This document shows positions 39,190 to 52,129 of a stretch of DNA of 60,274 nucleotides, in pieces. The notes beneath the pieces were generated by a model. It saw only the letters and a list, made by a program, of their open reading frames with translations. It had not been told where the DNA came from and did not search any database. Source of the stretch: Gekko japonicus (taxonomy: Eukaryota). Numbering within the stretch: the stretch's first letter is position 1; the number at the start of each line of letters is the position of its first letter. Both the position numbers and the translations under genes were made by a program. The DNA lies in NCBI RefSeq assembly GCF_001447785.1, contig NW_015177013.1, forward strand, positions 777,064 through 837,337, written 5' to 3'.

Positions 39190-40765
39190 AGACTTCCGGT
39201 CTATGGATTGGCGATGGCAGTCGCTCTCCCCAGAGCTTGGGGAGGCGATTAGCACACCATCGGCATGGAGGGGTGCCACCTCAAGTGGCACTCCCAAGGA
39301 GTCTTTGTGAAAGGCTCCAGGCCAGAGAGCTTTGAGGGTTAGCCTCTTCGACGGCTTGCTGCCAGAGAATTGAGGCTTCCCTCCGCTCTGAAGGTTCTAC
39401 CGATGAGTGGCCTTAGGGCACAAGCTAACCCGAGCGGAACAAGCGGGGGAGACCGAGCGGAACAACGATTGATGTGAGCGAGGTCAGGAATGTGACCAAC
39501 AATGAACGTGAGTTCTAAGTAAACGAACTTTGATAAACGGCACCCCCCTCCCCGTGGGAAAAGTGAAGTGCAAAGAGGGACACCTCTGAAGCACAAGGAC
39601 AGATAAACACAGCGAAGGGGGAGTGGGAGGAAATAGACAGCGTGTGTATTTTGAAAGACTTACTTGAGTGCGAATAGCGAATTGACGAGTGCTTCGAGCC
39701 CGGGAGAAGCAGTTTGAAAGTGTAAACAAAGTTGAAAAATGGCGGCATCACGAGGAAAGTTTAAAGCGAAGTCTCAAAGTCCGAGGCTGGAAGAGGGAGC
39801 TGACGTCATGAAGCTGTTAGCAGATATGCTCAAGCCAGTGATGGATCAGCTCGATGGTATTAACCAGCAACTGACCTTGTTAAATCAAAACTTCACTTCA
39901 CAACAGCGACAGCTGGCAGAAGCGGGGAAAAAAGTGGAGCTGGTGGCTGAGAAAGTTACAGAGATAGACACCTCAAGCAAGAAGATGAAGAAAAGAATGG
40001 GTGAAGTGGAAACAAAATAAAGTCTTCAAGAAAATCGTTTGTTGCAGCTGCAAATGGAAAAGGCTAATATGATTCTCAGGTTCCAGGGGGTTCCGGAGAC
40101 AGAAAAAGAAGATTTGAAGAAGACTCTGGGTGAGATTATCGCTCCAGTGACAGGCCAGAAGAGAAAGAGCTACAAGGAGTTAATTACTTTTCTTCAAACA
40201 AATGGTATACAGTACAGGTGGGCGATTCCTGAAGGTGTCATCGTTAAAATCAACGATAGAAGGGAGAAGATAGACTCCATCTTCAAAGTCAAAGAATTCT
40301 TGAGACGTCAGCTGGGATTGGGGGAAGACTCTAAAGAGGAAGAAACTAAATCAAGTGACTCAGTTGCCTCGGGAATGGATGAGAACTCCGCTGCAGAAGC
40401 GGGTGCGGGAGCAATGAAAACTGTATATGATTTTAGAGACAGAAAGCCGAAGTAAGGGCAGAAGGACTCTAATAAATGGCCCTTTGAAACAAAGAAGATG
40501 CTCAGAAAGTTCTCTCATAATAACTAATTTACTAATACAGAACAATGTGGAAAACAAGAACTCTACAAGTATATTGTTTTACTAACTCTTTTAATACTAA
40601 TATTAAGTTTAACATAAAGGGGGTCTCTCACTCTTGGGTTTTTAAGTTAGTGTGGGTATCTTTCCTTCATCCATAGTTGTAGTTCTCCTTCCTATATTTT
40701 TCTTTGTAGTTTGTAGTCATATTGAAAAAATAAAAATACCCCTCTGGGGGTTAAAAACAAAACAA
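39190..40765 (+). mobile_element. ORF1-only L1-derived element (half-L1/HAL1-like)
   Basis: 12-bp TSD aacataatctga (39178-39189 / 40766-40777); gacttccgg-type 5' end and CpG-rich 5' UTR; ORF1-like frame 39739-40455; AATAAA at 40729 and A-rich tail; no ORF2. Confidence 0.85.
39739..40455 (+). pseudogene. L1 ORF1p-like frame (238 codons) with one in-frame stop at 40018-40020 and most of the RRM missing
   Basis: ORFs 39739-40020 and 40039-40455 share a frame; coiled coil, then LRFQGVPE (RRM start), then directly RKSYKELITFLQTNGIQYRWAIPEG (CTD). Confidence 0.78.
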
Positions 40766-41157
40766 AACATAATCTGAGAAACTTGCCTCACTCCAATGAC
40801 GACAGAGAGGAATTGAGGGAAGGGCGTTCTTCCCCCTTTATATCATGTGGGAAACAGCATGGGGGAGGGGGATGGAGCACCTCTAGGCATTTTGAGCTTC
40901 AAAAAAATCCTTTCTGCAACAGGCTGTGTGTGTGCAGTACCCATGTGCAGCACAGATGACCACTCAAAGAACACTAGGTACAGGTAAGTGCAACCTGTTA
41001 TTTTGTATATGGGAAACTGTAAATAATTGAAATAACCAATTGACAGCATAATCTGAAAGGCTCAGTCAAGGTATTTTCCAATAGCTGTCCTAGCAGGTTT
41101 AGTTGGTGGTATACGTTATATATGTCCTCTTGTAAAAGCGGATCTCCCCTAAGCTAA

Positions 41158-41617
<460 letters not shown>

Positions 41618-42544
41618 TAGTCTTTTCTCTGACTCCAAATATAACACTAGAGGTATCCAAGCCAGGGTTAGGAGATTGGGAACATAACAGTCAGCTCACA
41701 TGCTGGCACCCATACAAATCCCCTTGCCCCCTCTGTTTAGCATTATGTTTGTACCACACTAACCGGTATTTGAGATGTTGGTTATAAGCTAGTTTCTCCA
41801 GACCTATTTGTGAATACAAGTTTTAGAGAAGTGTTCCCAAAGGGAGGGTACAGGCTACACTTCATCAGAAGCTCTCTTCCTCCTCTGCAGGCCACTAAAA
41901 TTCTAGTTCCAATATTTTGACATCTTAAAAGATTTCAGCACTTATGTTCCTTTGTTTTAAGCTTATCTTTGCAACCTTAAATGCTAGAAACTTTGTCACT
42001 GAAGTCTGAATAAATTATCAGAGCTCTGGTTATTGATAGAAATTGATTGCTTATAAATTGATTTTTTAAATGGTGTTTAGATTTCTGGCTGAAACCAAAA
42101 GTATAAACTGCTTTACATTCCCAAGAAAACTGATTTCAAATATCAGAAGTGCTTTGGGTCAAAAATTGACATGGAGCTAGCTCTTATTTTCTGATAGCTA
42201 TTGTTTTTTGCTTTGCGGCTTCTCTTTATGCATGATTCATATTCTTAAAAAGTATTTTGCAGAAACTAGTGCCAGAAATATTGTGCTTCAAGCCAAAAGA
42301 CTCATTAGTTGTTACCTCGAAAGATGTAGTTGTGTACTAAGAAACAGTTGGAAATAACGTTTCACCCATCTAATTTATGTTGCTGTCACAGGAACATATA
42401 AGTTCCTGCAGGAACCAAACTAGGTCTGTAGAAGTCAAATTGGGGAATGCTGATGCTGTAAGATGAAAGGGAAAAATTACGTGGGGTTTTTTGTATTTTC
42501 TATATTTTAATGTTGCAGCTTATGCTGTGCACTGTATCTCAGGC

Positions 42545-42808
42545 TAGCCGAGGTTCATTGGATCTTGGAAGCTAAGCAGGATCAGCCCTGGTTAATGGGA
42601 TGGGAGACCACCAAGGATCAGCCCTGGTTAATGGGATGGGAGACCGCCAAGGATCAGCCTTGGTTAATGGGATGGGAGACCAACAAAGAATTCCAGGGTG
42701 GTTATGCAGAAGCAGGCAATAGCAAACCACCTTGGAATATCTCTTGCCTTGAAAACTCTGTGGGGTCTCCATAAGTTAGCTGTGACTTGATGGCACTTTC
42801 CACCACCA
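42545..42808 (+). mobile_element. 5S rRNA-derived SINE with RTE/Sauria-type tail and an internal 36-nt triplication
   Basis: ggaagctaagcagg...ctggtta...ggatgggagacc (5S A and C boxes); tail aggcaatagcaaaccac...ccttgaaaac...ccataagttagctgtgacttgatggcacttt. Confidence 0.8.
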
Positions 42809-44921
42809 TATCTCATTGGAAACAACCACTGGTTATCACTGTAACTTCTTTTTACTGAAATAGTTTGCACATTTTCTTTTAACAGTTAACTCATTCCCTT
42901 AAATATTACAGAGGCAACAATTTTGCTTTATATTAAGCTGAAGGACATACAGTGGAGTGCAGACAGGGCAAACTTAGGATCATGTAAGATTAGTTTGCTT
43001 TTGATGTGAACTCTGAAGTTGTTCTTTCAAGTTATAACTAGATTTGGAGCTCTGTGCAGGATTTATATTGAATAATAATGCACAGTATCTTGCACAGTTG
43101 TCGTCATTGTAATAAGGTCAGCTTGAAAGGAGTTTCTTTTGTCCTTCAGTCTATGCATTTATATATGACCTGTTTAAAAAGTATTATCACCCTAGACTTC
43201 TCTGGACATAATTTGTTCCTAGGGATTTTCTACAGAATGCTTATTACATGCAAGATACTTGGTTTTTCAGCTAATTTTCTCATGTTGCTTCATGCCTCAA
43301 CACTTGTAGAACCTTTTTAAAACAAAAAAACCCCCACCCTTTTTTCCAGGGTTTCAATTAACGATGATTGAGCAGTTAAAGTATGTTGCCCTGCTGACTC
43401 TGATATTTCAAGCACTGGATGGTGTTGCCAGGTGCCTGATATGAGCTGCTGTGCCTTTACAATTTTTTGTATCTATTGCACACCATGAAAGATGCAGAAA
43501 CCATTCATTTACTAAGCTAATGCATCTGTAAAGCCTTTGGCAGTAGATAGCTCCTTCCTGCAGCATATTACTTCTGGCTTCTGAATGTTAATTTCTCTTC
43601 AGAAAAAGGCACCAGAGCATAAAATGCCATCTGAAGTCATGTTGAGACCTACCTTGTCAATATAAAATCCTTTGGGCCCAAATTGACAGCCCATTTGCTA
43701 CATTAGCCTATTGGGCAAGGTAAAATCCTAATATAGGTGAAGAGCAGGGATCACAAATGCTTCTCTTCTGTTAAATACACTTGGATATATTTCCTAGAGA
43801 TATGGGAATACACAAGAACATTACTTCATAAGTGCACCTCCAAATCCTGGGGCAAAGAGTATTTGGTCTGTGCTTGAATGGACACAGACCTGATCAGTAC
43901 CTCAGGAAGGAATTTCTGGTAGCAAACACTGAAGGAGACATTACTTGAGTTTTAGCTTTTATCGAACATATAAAAATAACAGCAGGAAAACATAGGTAGA
44001 TTGAAAGAGCAATGCAGAATACCAAGTTTGGGGAATTACTGAGCTACTAGTAATTAGATGGCATATAAAATCATATTAGAATATAGGGAATAAACAATAA
44101 TGAGGAAATCTGATGACTTGTAGTGGGAGCCATCCCATTTAAGCAGTGATACTCAGTGGCTCAGGATCCATGTGTGGCTCTTTCACATGCCACCTGTGAT
44201 TCTTCCAAACACTGTAGTGAAAATTCCCAGACTCTTTAGCCTTTCCTCATAGAAAAGGTGCTCAAACCCCTTAATCATCTTGATTGGTTTTTTCCAGAAC
44301 TGCGCACAGTATTCCAAATGAGGCTGCACTAGAGATCTATACAGGGGCACTGCAATATTTGCAATTTTATCTTCAGTCCCTTCCCTAGTAATCCCCGGCA
44401 TGTAGATTGCAAGCAGCAGCACAATGGGTTAACATTTTCATTAAGATACCCACTACAACCCCAAGATCTGTTTCTCCCTCTGTTTCAGCAAGTTCAGATC
44501 CTATTGGCATTTATTTTTTCAATATTTACTTTCTCAGTGAATTCCAAAAGACTGGTTGGGCAGGACTTCTCTTTGCAGAAGTCATTTTGATTTCTCTTCA
44601 GTGTTTGTGTGTGTATATATGTGTGTGTGTGTGCACACGCTTGTTTGTCTTGATGATGTTATCCGTTGGCTCCTCAGGTTCTCTCTTTGCCTATTAACTT
44701 ATACTTTTTTGCCAGACCCTGCACTCCCCTCTGTTTACATCATTTGGGCAGATCTTCAACTTTTTAAAAGAAGCCTCCTTACTTTTTATAGCTTCCTTGA
44801 CTTGTGTTGTTAACCACGTAGGCATTCTTTTAGACCTTACCTAAACTGGGGTGGGGGGGTGCATTGTATCTGGGCCTCAAGCAGTGCAGTTTTAGATAGC
44901 TTCCAAGTATCCTTGGAAGCT

Positions 44922-45169
44922 AGAGAGCCAGTGTGGTATAGTGGTTAAGAGTGGTGGACTCTAATCTGGAGAACTGGATTTGATTCCCCCACTCTTCCAC
45001 ATGAAGCCAGCTGGGTGACCTTGGGTCAGTCACAGTTCTCTCAGAGCTCCCTCAGCCCCACCTACCTCACAGGGTGTCTGTTGTGGGGAGAGGAAGGCAT
45101 GGCAATTGTGAGCCGCTCTGAGACTCCTTCAAGTAGTAAAAAGCAGGGTATAAAAACCAACTCTTCTTC
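44922..45169 (+). mobile_element. Squam3-like SINE, full length
   Basis: agagagccagtgtggtatagtggttaagag...cagccccacctacctcacagg...tcttcttc. Confidence 0.88.
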
Positions 45170-45329
45170 CTCTAGGGACCTGACTCCTTTGAGTTTCCCT
45201 ATCAGCTTCCTGTAACAAGCCCCCTAATTTTTGTAAAGTTCCCTATTTTGATATCAAAGATGACTGTTTTGACCTGGGGGGGGGTAACTTTTCATTGGTC
45301 TTGAGCTGCACAGAGAAACGAGTCTTAAA

Positions 45330-45533
45330 TACAAGAACTTGCTATATACTGAATAAGACCATTGGTCCATCACAGTCAGTATAGTCTACTCAGAGTGGCA
45401 GTGGATCTCCAGGGTCTCTGGCAAAGGTCTTTCACATCACCTATTACCTGGTCCTTTCAATCTGCAGATGCCAGGAATGTAAACTGGGGTCTTCTGCATA
45501 CCAAGCAGATGCTCTGCCATTGAGCTGTGGCCC
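45330..45533 (-). mobile_element. tRNA-derived SINE (Squam2-like)
   Basis: Reverse complement ggggccacagctcaatggcagagcatctgcttggtatgcagaag...; a related copy lies at ~58595-58790 (+). Confidence 0.7.
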
Positions 45534-46025
45534 CTACCCAAGATCACTACCCTTCTGGTTTGCTTCATAAGCAAGTGTGCCATCATTTATGATGTCTAGG
45601 AACCTCATTTCAACAGCACGAGTCAAGTACACATTTGCCCACTCAATGTGAGGGTAGTTGAAGTAACCTAGTATTGCAACACTTTCTGCTGTAGTCACTT
45701 CCCTAATTTCCTTCTCCATCTTGAGATCAGTTCAAGGGTTTGATCAAGGGTGTGTGTGATAGTATACTCCCAGTTTTAAGTAACCTTTTAGGGCCTGCTA
45801 TCATTATCCATAACCATTCTGTGGGGGAATTTATTCCCCTAATGTTTTTTAGCTTGTTGGCCTCTGTGGCCTCTGTGATATACAACAGAACATCTTCTCC
45901 AACATACTGCTCCCTATCCTGTCTATAGGATATATCTAGGGATAAGAGTCCCATTAATTTATTTTCCTCATTCCACCATGTTTCTGAAACACCCATTATA
46001 TCTAAATTGTGATTTAGTATCAATC

Positions 46026-46586
46026 TGTCATGGGCTGGGCTTGGGCTAAGAGGCAGAAGTCAAGTCCGGTCCGGGGTCGTTGCCAGGAGAGTCAGAGTGA
46101 GAGCCAAATCATGAGTCCGAAGCAGGGGTCAGGAAGTCAGGAATCCTAGCCAGAGTGGGGGTCTGAGGACAGGAGCCGAAGGTGGATGCGAGGCACGCAC
46201 GGAGGCGACTCGTTTCTTCCACAAGAGACCAATCCTGAGTGAGAGTTATATAGGCCAGGCTTCCTGTGGTGGTGCTCCTGCTAATACTCAGGACTCGGCG
46301 CTCACCTTCCCTGCCAGCGTGCATCTCAACGGTGGTGGCTAACTCTCTGCAGAGCCGCTCCCTTAGCTGAACCACCCATGGAGGTGAGTCAGGCGGGCTC
46401 CCCGATTTCACCTGTGCCTCCTTGGCCACTGCAGGACTAGGTGTGGGGTTTACAGGCTCAGGCGCTGGCAAGCTATCAACTTGTGAGGAGTCAGAGGGGC
46501 CAGCTTCTGGTTCTGGCAATGCTGGCGCCTCTGGCTGCGATGCCAGCTCGGGCGGGGACTCAGCGCCATCTCAGTCACTCATGACG
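46026..46586 (-). mobile_element. Solo LTR (561 bp, Gypsy/ERV-type)
   Basis: Termini TGTCATG...CATGACG (one change from CATGACA); 5-bp TSD caatc/cagtc; TATA (cctatataac) on the minus strand; interrupts the CR1 endonuclease region. Confidence 0.8.
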
Positions 46587-46667
46587 CAGTCTCTCCACCT
46601 ATTGGTTCAGAGGCTGTATAATCACAACTATAACATTTCTGTCTCCCAACAATCCTCGCCACCTGTA

Positions 46668-47178
46668 TAAGAACATAAGCCCTGCCAGATGAGACCAGGG
46701 GTCCATCTAGCCCAGCATCCTTTCTCACACAGTGGCCAACCAGTTCTTGTAGCGGTCCTAACAACAGGGCATAGATGCTGAGGTCTCCTGCTGATGTTGC
46801 TTCCTGGCACTGGTATTCAGAGGTTTACTGCCTTTGAACGTGGTTATCTTCCATCGCCATGGCTAGTAGACACTGATGGACTTATTTTCCATGAATCTGT
46901 CTAATTCCCTTATAAAGCTGCCTGTGCCTGTGGCCATCACTACATCCTCTGGCAGTGAATTCTACGTTTTAATCATGTGTTGTGTAAAGAGATATTTCTT
47001 TTTGTTTGTCCTGAGTCTGCTGCCCATCAGCTTCATTGGATGTCCTCAGGTTCTAGTATTTTGAGAAAGGGAGAAAAAGTTCCCTTTGTCAGCTCTTTCC
47101 ATCCTGTGTGTAATTTTATAAACCTATGCCATGTTCCCTCTTAGTCATTTCTTTTCTACACTGAAAAGCCCCAGACCA
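46668..47178 (-). mobile_element. CR1 3' end nested in the long CR1
   Basis: taagaacataag tail; reverse strand encodes the ..KRKYLFTQH..NSLPEDVVMA-type C-terminus. Confidence 0.8.
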
Positions 47179-48024
47179 CTGTGCACCACAACTGATGACT
47201 TCCCTCCAGTGCTATCCGTCATCCTATTTAAATGGCACACGATGCCCACAACCTTTGCACCAGACAGGCAAATCATCATGCAGTAAAAATGACCATCACA
47301 GGCCCCTGCTCTTTTTATGTTCCTAATGATCAAATCACCCACCTCCACTCCCAAAGGGGTCCTCAGTACAAGAGGATATCACTCCATCACCCAAAGAAGG
47401 AGTTCCAACTTAAGGGATCATACCCCTCCTCCTTAGCCTCATGTCCCTCCCACTTCAAGACCCTCAATCACTACAACAACAGAGAAGTTGTCAGCATAGG
47501 AGCGGCATGGTTCTAACAGGTTCCTGAAGGTCTCATCCATGTAACTCCCCCCCAAAATCTGTGCAGATTTCTGTAGGAAGAAGGATAATGTGTACTTTGC
47601 TGAAACTTGTATGCCCTCTGTCAAGGAGCTTTGACTTTGGGGTTTTTGAAGGTCTCATCCATGTAACTCCCCCCCCAAATCTGTGCAGATTTCTGTAGGA
47701 AGAACTTTGCTGAAACTTGTATGCCCTGTCAAGGAGCTTTGACTTTGGGGTTCTCTCCTGCTCCTTGTCAGCCTCCCTCACGGAACTCGCAATGTCTTCC
47801 CATTACAATTCCTTGGTTGCAAGCTCCCAGGAAACCTGTGTGTCTTCTTAGAGTTCAAACTCTTCATTTGGCAGGTAGCTTCCATTGTTGATGAGGCACA
47901 TTAAGCTGCTCCAAGCTGCATTTTAAACTACATCTGTTTTTCTCTTTCTCTCCCATTCTAACTTGGTAACCTTTCCCCTATCCTTGGTCTCCCTTCAGCC
48001 CATTTCTCTTAAATGACTTATCAC

Positions 48025-48556
48025 TAGGGGTGTGCATTTGGTATATACCAAGTTGAATAAATACATGAAAAATACCCTATCAGTATTTTGGGGGGTATTC
48101 ATTTAGCCGAATACAGATCAGAGATCTGTATTTTGCTACTGAACTAGCCACACCTGAATGAAAGCCAATATTATACAGCTTTTATTGGCTTTTATTTGGG
48201 TGCGGCCAAATGCATTCAGTTCACTGGCTAAGTTGTGCCACCACCACAGCACGACTCAGTAAACCAACTGAATGAATTTAAAGTTTAAATAGGTTCAGTT
48301 TGCTTGCTGAGTCAGGCCACTACAGTGGCGCAACTCAGCAACTGAACTGAACCTGTTTAAAGTTTAAATGCTTTCAGTTCACTTGCCAAGTTGTGCCACC
48401 AATGGTCCTCACAGGGTATAATGGATCTGAATAAATTTGGGTTTCCCAAATATTTACCTGAATGCCAATACTGGTATTCAGGAATACCAATATTTTCCGG
48501 GGCTGATAGACTCGAATTGGTAAAAAAAAAACACTTTTTTTTTTTGCACACCCCTT
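48025..48556. mobile_element. Non-autonomous hAT-type DNA transposon (MITE)
   Basis: TIRs taggggtgtgca / tgcacacccct(t); exact 8-bp TSD cttatcac (48017-48024 / 48557-48564); internal repeats. Confidence 0.88.
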
Positions 48557-49455
48557 CTTATCACCTGGGCTTTGTTCAGCTTTTGTTTTGTTGAAAATCT
48601 AGAATTTCCTGTTATCAGTGTTCCAGTCCATTGGCCTCTTAAAGGAAACAGGTGTGAGCTTCTGGCCTAACTTAGGGAACAAGGTATCAGAAATGTGTCC
48701 ATGCTAGGATGCCACCTTTATACATTTTTATAACTGAGCTTTTACTACTGGTTGCACAATTGAGTGCACTCTTGAATCCTCTCTGTCATTGGCCCAAATT
48801 TCAGAATTATGTCTGTGGGAGAATTTAGGATGATCTGTGCTTGAAGAGGTAATGGAAACCTTGTTCTTATTGGGGGATAAGTTAGAATCCTGGTTCTGAT
48901 TAGTGGATTTGAATTTTTCTTTGTGCAAGATGCTGGTAGAAGGAATATACTAGGTGATGTAATGGGAAGGGGAGATGGATCTGAGTAGGATGGCTGAATT
49001 ACTTGAGTGGCAGGTCTGACTAATGCCTTGTAATGAAGATCAGGGGATAGTTTGGGCGATAATCTTGATCACATTTCCAGAGAGGTCTGCCTTGTAAGGC
49101 AGATTCCTGGATGGTCCTAGAAGATTGAATATTGTCCTTGATTGCTTATCATAGGCTGAATTTTGATGAGTCCTCAGAAGGCCACAGAATAGAGCCATTA
49201 TTATAACCAGGCTACCATGGGAACCTGGCTGCTTCCTTATGCATTGACATTTTGAGGCATGTAGCCTGATACTAATTCCTCATATCAAACCTTGGCCCTC
49301 CTGCAGTCTCACACACCACAAAGCCTGAGAAGCAGGGTGGTGGTGTCTCATAACATGGCTCCTGCCCCTGGGGCCTTTTGTGGGGTAAGAGAGATCAGTC
49401 CAGCTGTTCACTGGTGCTGTTCTCAGCCTCTGAGGTAAAAGGAGTTGTGGTAGCT

Positions 49456-49590
49456 TTCTCAGCCCCACCTACCTCACAGGGTGTCTGCTGTGGGGAGGGG
49501 AAAGGAAAGGAGATTGTAAGCTGCTCTGAGACTCCTTCAGGTAGTGATGGGCGGGATATAAATCCAGTCTCTTCTCTCTTCTCTCTCTTC
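49456..49590 (+). mobile_element. Squam3-like SINE 3' half
   Basis: ctcagccccacctacctcacagggtgtctg...gggatataaatccagtctcttc. Confidence 0.8.
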
Positions 49591-50170
49591 ATCAGGGAAA
49601 CAACAACTATATTTATTGTTAACTGGAAACCCCTTACAGATTTTTTGCATGAAACAGAAAAAAATGAAGTGATGGTTTATGGTTTTGAAGATTAAGAGGA
49701 GGAAAAATAGATAAAGGAGAGGGCTTTTAAGTAGCTATAGAGAGAGTGAATAGAGAAACTAAGTTGTATTGGTCCTAGATGAAAATCAAAATATACTCCT
49801 TTTTTAACCATCGTATTATGTCTTCTCTTAATTCCATTCTCTGTGATTCTTTCTTTTTTGCCTTTTTATGTATCTCATTTAAATTTTTAATAAAATTTAT
49901 ATATATAAAAAAATAGAAACAGCCTCTCTGTCAGGCCTTCCCTTCAGCCCCGCTGCTTCTGTGGAAAGAAAGGAGGGATGAGAACTGGGGGTAGAGGGAT
50001 CTGGGAGAGACAGGCTTTTGTGGGTTCTCAGTAAATCAGTTGCTTTCACTGCTAGGAATCAATTGCTTTTCTTTGTATTTTGAGTAAAAATAATATCATT
50101 AATTAGGTTTGCCTGTGTCCTTTATAAAGTTTATATCTCCAGTACCTTGCATTACATTTTATGGTACACG

Positions 50171-50960
50171 TGGTCTGACCTGGGGCAGTTGGCCCCATAT
50201 CTCACTCCCCAAGATCTAGCAACAGTGATCCATGCAATGGTCACTTCCAGATTGGATTATTGTAACTCTCTCTACGTGGGACTGCCCTTGACTTTGCTCC
50301 GGAAGTTGCAGCTAGTCCAGAATGCAGCAGCACGGGTGTTGACAGTGACGCCTGTGCAGGCTCACATCCACCCAGTGCTACGTGAACTGCTCTGGCTGCC
50401 TATTGAATTCTGGATCCATTTCAAGGTGCTGGTGCTTACCTTTAAAGCCCTATATGGCAGGGGCCAGCATAGCTTCGAGACTGCCTCTCCCCATATGAGA
50501 CCCATAGAGCACTATGGTCGACTAATCAACATCTCTTGGTAGTCCCTGGCCCCAGGGATGTCCAACTTGCCTCAACCAGGGCCAGGGTCTTTTCAGCCCT
50601 GGCCCCTACCTGGTGGAATGAGCTCCTGAGTGAGATCAGAGCCCTGCAGGATCTATTACAATTCCACAGGGCCTGTAAGACGGAGCTCTTCCACCAGGCT
50701 TTTGGCTGAAGCGGCGGGCGCCGCGTCTTTGTGGCTGACCCCAACAGCGGCCTGGATCCTAACATCTTAAAATCTTCCACTACTGTTGATATAGTTCTAT
50801 TAGAGCTGACATGGTACTTAGGAGTATAGTATTTTAAACTGTTGTTTTAATCTGGTTTTAACTGTGTTGTATTTTATACTGTTGTTACCCGCCCTGAGCC
50901 CGCCCACAGGGAGGGCGGGACATAAATCCAAATAAAATAAATATAAAAATAAATAAATAA
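50171..50960 (+). mobile_element. L2 LINE 3' fragment
   Basis: LATVIHAMVTSRLDYCNSLY..LQLVQNAAAR..LWLPI..FKVLVLTFKAL; (aaat)n tail. Confidence 0.9.
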
Positions 50961-51239
50961 AACAGTATCTGACTTTTTACTTTTGACTGCACTGTAATGT
51001 GAGATACAGTCTTGGTGTTGACTGTGCAAGACTGTGACTGAATAACTGGTCCTTACTATGTAGCATGTAATATGGGGCTGTCTTTTTATTATTCTGTGCA
51101 GAACTATGGGGACTGATGGTCCTATATGTATAGTCCATATTTATACTGTCATCTTTAAAATAATGTCAACAAAGTGGGGAAGAAACCATTTCTTTGTTTT
51201 TCCTTACAAAAATAATCCCTTCTTCTTCCTTGTGTTTAG

Positions 51240-51473
<234 letters not shown>

Positions 51474-51817
51474 TAACTTGGAAGGGAAGGTTAACAAATG
51501 GAAGCATTAAGTAGTATGTATGAGTAACATAAACTAACATTTGGAGTTGTTTCAAACATTTGGGAATTGTGTAGTTCTAAACTGGTCCAGTAATATGCCT
51601 GGATGGGAGACTACCAGGGCTAACTGTATATTAGCCACTTTTAGCTCTTTGGGTGAAAACTTGGGGCATAATAGGAAATAAGATAGGAAGTGGGTGTTTG
51701 CCACAATGCTGAAGAATTTTTCCTTCTAAAAATAAGAATTTATTCATTTCTTTTGAATGCATATTCTGTATACAGTTTGTTGTATGTGATAACTTCATCT
51801 TTGGTTTTGCATCTTAG

Positions 51818-51903
51818 GGGCAATGCAATTTTTAATGGGAATCAAGGTGGTGTCTACATCTTTGGTGATGGAAGAGGCCTTATTGAGGGAAATGACATTT
51901 ATG
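51818..51903 (+). CDS. FBXO11: FBXO11 exon
   Basis: 86 nt; [28 protein letters not shown]. Confidence 0.97.
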
Positions 51904-51940
51904 GTAAACAACCAAATGTTTGCTGTATTGCACTTGATAG

Positions 51941-52108
<168 letters not shown>

Positions 52109-52129
52109 TAACTTTATTCTCTAGCTTCT

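Larger units (their letters stand above)
32419..41003 (+). mobile_element. DIRS retrotransposon 'E' (degenerate, multiple nested insertions)
   Basis: Left ITR ~32419-32590 inverted to ~40810-40960; ICR 39053-39147; gag zinc finger FKKCRSCGSK..HEQCLLCLGE; RIKDPPFEGTDLF; RT remnants 36660-37330; YR 38020-39000 (SIRIHLAAI, PQWSLSLML, AHSTR-like). Confidence 0.88.
44210..47930 (-). mobile_element. Long degenerate CR1 (ORF1 esterase, endonuclease, RT C-terminus) with deletions and nested inserts
   Basis: PLYRSLVQPHLEYCAQFW (44183-44422); ILGYFNYPHIEW and LDIMGVSETWW (APE); VGDLIIR..CLSGAKV..VVVH (SGNH esterase, 47180-47354). Confidence 0.8.

Noticed and set aside
42545-42615. 5S rRNA gene
   Set aside because: Only a degenerate A/C-box segment, fused to a SINE tail.
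42578-42685. CRISPR-like array or repeat-protein ORF (KDQPWLMGWET x3)
   Set aside because: Head-to-tail tandem units without spacers, inside a 5S-derived SINE in a vertebrate intron.
46109-46519. 136-aa Pro-rich ORF
   Set aside because: Lies wholly within a GC-rich solo LTR; no recognisable domain.
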